From assembly GCA_038087875.1 (NCBI GenBank), contig JAXLNO010003642.1:124001-188000 (forward strand): a stretch of DNA of 64,000 nt. The letters are read 5' to 3'. The position numbers and the translations under genes are program-made. The notes under the pieces were generated by a model. It was not told the DNA's origin and ran no database searches. It worked only from the letters and a program-made list of their open reading frames with translations. Below, in pieces: positions 61,391 through 64,000 of the stretch; position 1 is the stretch's first letter; each line of letters begins with the position of its first letter. The DNA is from Malacoraja senta. Taxonomy: Eukaryota.

Positions 61391-63109
61391 GTGTTGCCTC
61401 AGTTTAACTTGGAATCCTGTTCCACATGGATATTGCAGGCTGAAAGTCCTGTTCTTGTACTGTTCTATGTTCTATATATTCTCATTGGACAGGGCAGGGT
61501 TATGTTTTCCACTCCTCCAGCCTCCATGTTGAATACTTCCTCCCAGTTTAAATCTGATTCAATTAGTCAATCCATTTCTCCCTCCGCTCCTGCCCTGCTC
61601 CCCATTCTATATTTTGAAGTAGTCATTCCCTTTTTCGCTCCCTGGTCTGTCTACTATCCCCACAACTTTCCTCTACTTTCCTGTCTTGGTGCAAGCAACA
61701 TCTATCCATTTACCACTTTCCATAGACCCAGGCAGTTCTTCAAAGTGAAACAGCGTGAAACACTTGCACTTCCAGTCAAATCTACTGCATTTAGTTTTCA
61801 TTACGTAATCTTCCACATTGCATCAATGAAACAAATAGAATGGCTGCTTTCTGGAGAATCCATTCAATCCATGGGACTTTCTAAGATTCCTAATTCCTGC
61901 CACTCTAATTCTCCATTCAACACCCACCATGATCCATCCATCTGTACCTCTTACACTAGGATAACAAGGGTGAAAGTAACCTTGAGGACCAAAAACTCAG
62001 CTTCTGTCTGGACATGTTGCAGCCTTTCAAACTCAATTCCACATTCAACGAGTTGCATTCCCTGTCGATAAAAGAACTGGTCATTTCAACTGTTAAGTTG
62101 AAGTCAAAAAGAACAGATGCAAGAAGTATGAAGCAGGATCCCAAGCTGAAAGATTACATAACCTTGTCTTCCAGATGCTGCCTGAGCCACTGAGTTACAC
62201 CTGCACGTTTTTGTGTGTTTTTAAATTACAGTAAAGTTATCCACCTGCAAAATCAGGACAGCCTGACCTACTTGAGTAGTGCAGTATGTGCTGCATTTTA
62301 TATAACTCTGTTTAGTTTCATGCATGCAGAGATGCAGTGAAATGGTTTGGATGGAACAGCAGATGCTGGACACCCCGTCCCTTCTCTCCAGAGATGCTGC
62401 CTGTCCCGCTGAATTACTCCAGCTTTTTGTGTCTATCTGCAGTGAAATGGTTGTTCTGCATTCTCCCCAGTCAAGTCATACTGTACATAAGTACAATTCG
62501 TCCTCTTCTGGAACAGCACGCAGAGATCCACCACATTCCAGTACTATCTTGCAGCTTTCAAGTCTCTGAGAAGTCTGATTTTGCCCTAAGGAAATACCCA
62601 ATTTCTAATTTTCTCATGTTAAGGCCCAGTTTCATAACAGCACTGGATTGATGAAGTTGAGGCGCCTGCCTCAGTTTAGGTTTTTCTGTTTCAAGATTGT
62701 GACCGAACCCTCGTCACTGGAACTGTGCCGCAGTGCCACCCATTACGTATCAGTCCCAATTATCTTTCAACATGCTGGAATCACTTTTTTAAAATCCTTT
62801 TTAGACTTTTTTCATGAATTGTTCAGCATAAACAGTTATGCTACAACAAAGTTAAGCGCAGCTACCACTTAGTTCCAGAGACGTAACAACACAAGAGATA
62901 GTGTTGGAAGAATGATCAAACTCACACATAGTGGTTATTAGTAACTTTGCAGAGGAAACACAAGGTGCTTTCTTCTCAGCATGCTTACTACCAGTCTACC
63001 AGAGAGAGAGCTGTCTACTAAGCCTGTGGGCGGAGCCACAGTATGAGTGACACTAATCTACAGATAGGCACAGGGATAAGTTTCGGATTATTATTGTCAC
63101 GTTTAGTTT

Positions 63110-63370
63110 CGAGGTACAGCATTGAAATAGGCCTTTTGGCCCACTGAACCTGTGCTGACTAATGACCACCCAAATATTAGTTCTATCCTACACACTAGAC
63201 ACAATTTACAGAAGCCAAAAAACTTACAAACCTGCACGTCTTTGAATGTGACGGAACTGTAGCACCCGGAGATAACTCACATGGTCACAGGGAGAATATA
63301 TGAACTCTATATAGACAGCACCCATTGTCAGGATTGAACTTTGGTCTGTGGTACTGTAAGGCAGCAACTT
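63110..63370 (-). mobile_element. HE1-like SINE
   Basis: Family sequence on the - strand. Confidence 0.75.
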
Positions 63371-64000
63371 TCTAGGTAGTTGCATGCTATCCAATTGGAT
63401 GAGATAATAACATACATATATATGATCAAGTCAACTCAAGTACTGAAGGTAGAGCAAAGGGGAAGGTACAGAGTGTGGCATATAGTTCTCAGCAATGTAG
63501 CACACCAGTTCCATTAGATAAGGGTTTCGACACAAAACGTGACACATTCCTTCTCTCCAGAGATGCTGCCTGACCCGTTGAGTTACTCTAGCATTTTGTG
63601 TCTATCTGCGGTTTAAACCAGCATCTACAGTTCCTTCCTACATAGTTCCATAAACAAAGTCCACTGTCTGTAATGGGGTAATGGTCAATTGGACAGTACC
63701 CTAGCTTATGGAACGATCATTCAGAAGCCTGATTTTCTCCTCAGTTATCAAGTAAGCCATTTGGTCCTCTAACCTGCCCACCATTCAATATTACCATGGC
63801 TGACGTTCCTCAGGCATCACTCCTGTTCGGTGCCAGTTCCTCATTGCACTCAATTCTCCAATCTTTCAAAAGTTTAACTACCGCCATCTTAAATGCTTCC
63901 AATGATTTTGTCTTCACAAATCTCTGGAGCCAGAGAATGACCATACTCTGCAAAAAGAGATTTTGTAAACAAATGACTGGTCTCTTTTATCTCTTATTGA

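Noticed and set aside
61391-63050. 226-aa + ORF and possible L1 ORF1 remnant on the - strand
   Set aside because: The + ORF crosses several repeat fragments; the ORF1 resemblance (SRRGRIVL) is too weak to call.
57481-64000. Search for the class I alpha3 (Ig C1), TM and cytoplasmic exons
   Set aside because: No C1-set motif (CxxxGFYP...W...YxC) in any frame I inspected; probably beyond the window.

Overview
Eukaryotic, repeat-dense genomic DNA. The repeat complement (HE1-like tRNA-SINEs, CR1/HER1 LINEs, abundant Penelope-like element ends) points to a cartilaginous fish, probably a skate or ray (inference). The one host gene I can support is the 5' half of an MHC class I-like gene on the + strand: leader exon 18387-18438, alpha1 exon 40653-40913 and alpha2 exon 57205-57480. 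All three are phase 1, have GT-AG sites and splice into one stop-free ORF. The introns are very large (22.2 and 16.3 kb), and no alpha3 exon is found before the window ends. Its groove has lost several classical peptide anchors (Y123A, T143F, Y159L, shifted W167) and is hydrophobic, so it looks non-classical. The rest is layered transposons: a Gypsy element with identical LTRs that lacks the whole RT domain; a second, non-coding LTR element with 3 x 156-bp repeats; a hAT nested in another hAT; a Harbinger deletion derivative and MITEs; a non-autonomous Helitron; many Penelope-like fragments whose 3' ends carry a minimal hammerhead-ribozyme motif and often sit as outward-facing inverted pairs; and CR1, Rex1/L2, RTE, L1 and Tx1 remnants. 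I see no unambiguous new biological system. The best leads are the divergent class I gene, the RT-less but young Gypsy, the ORF-less LTR element and the hammerhead-bearing Penelope ends. Boundaries of degenerate repeats are approximate.
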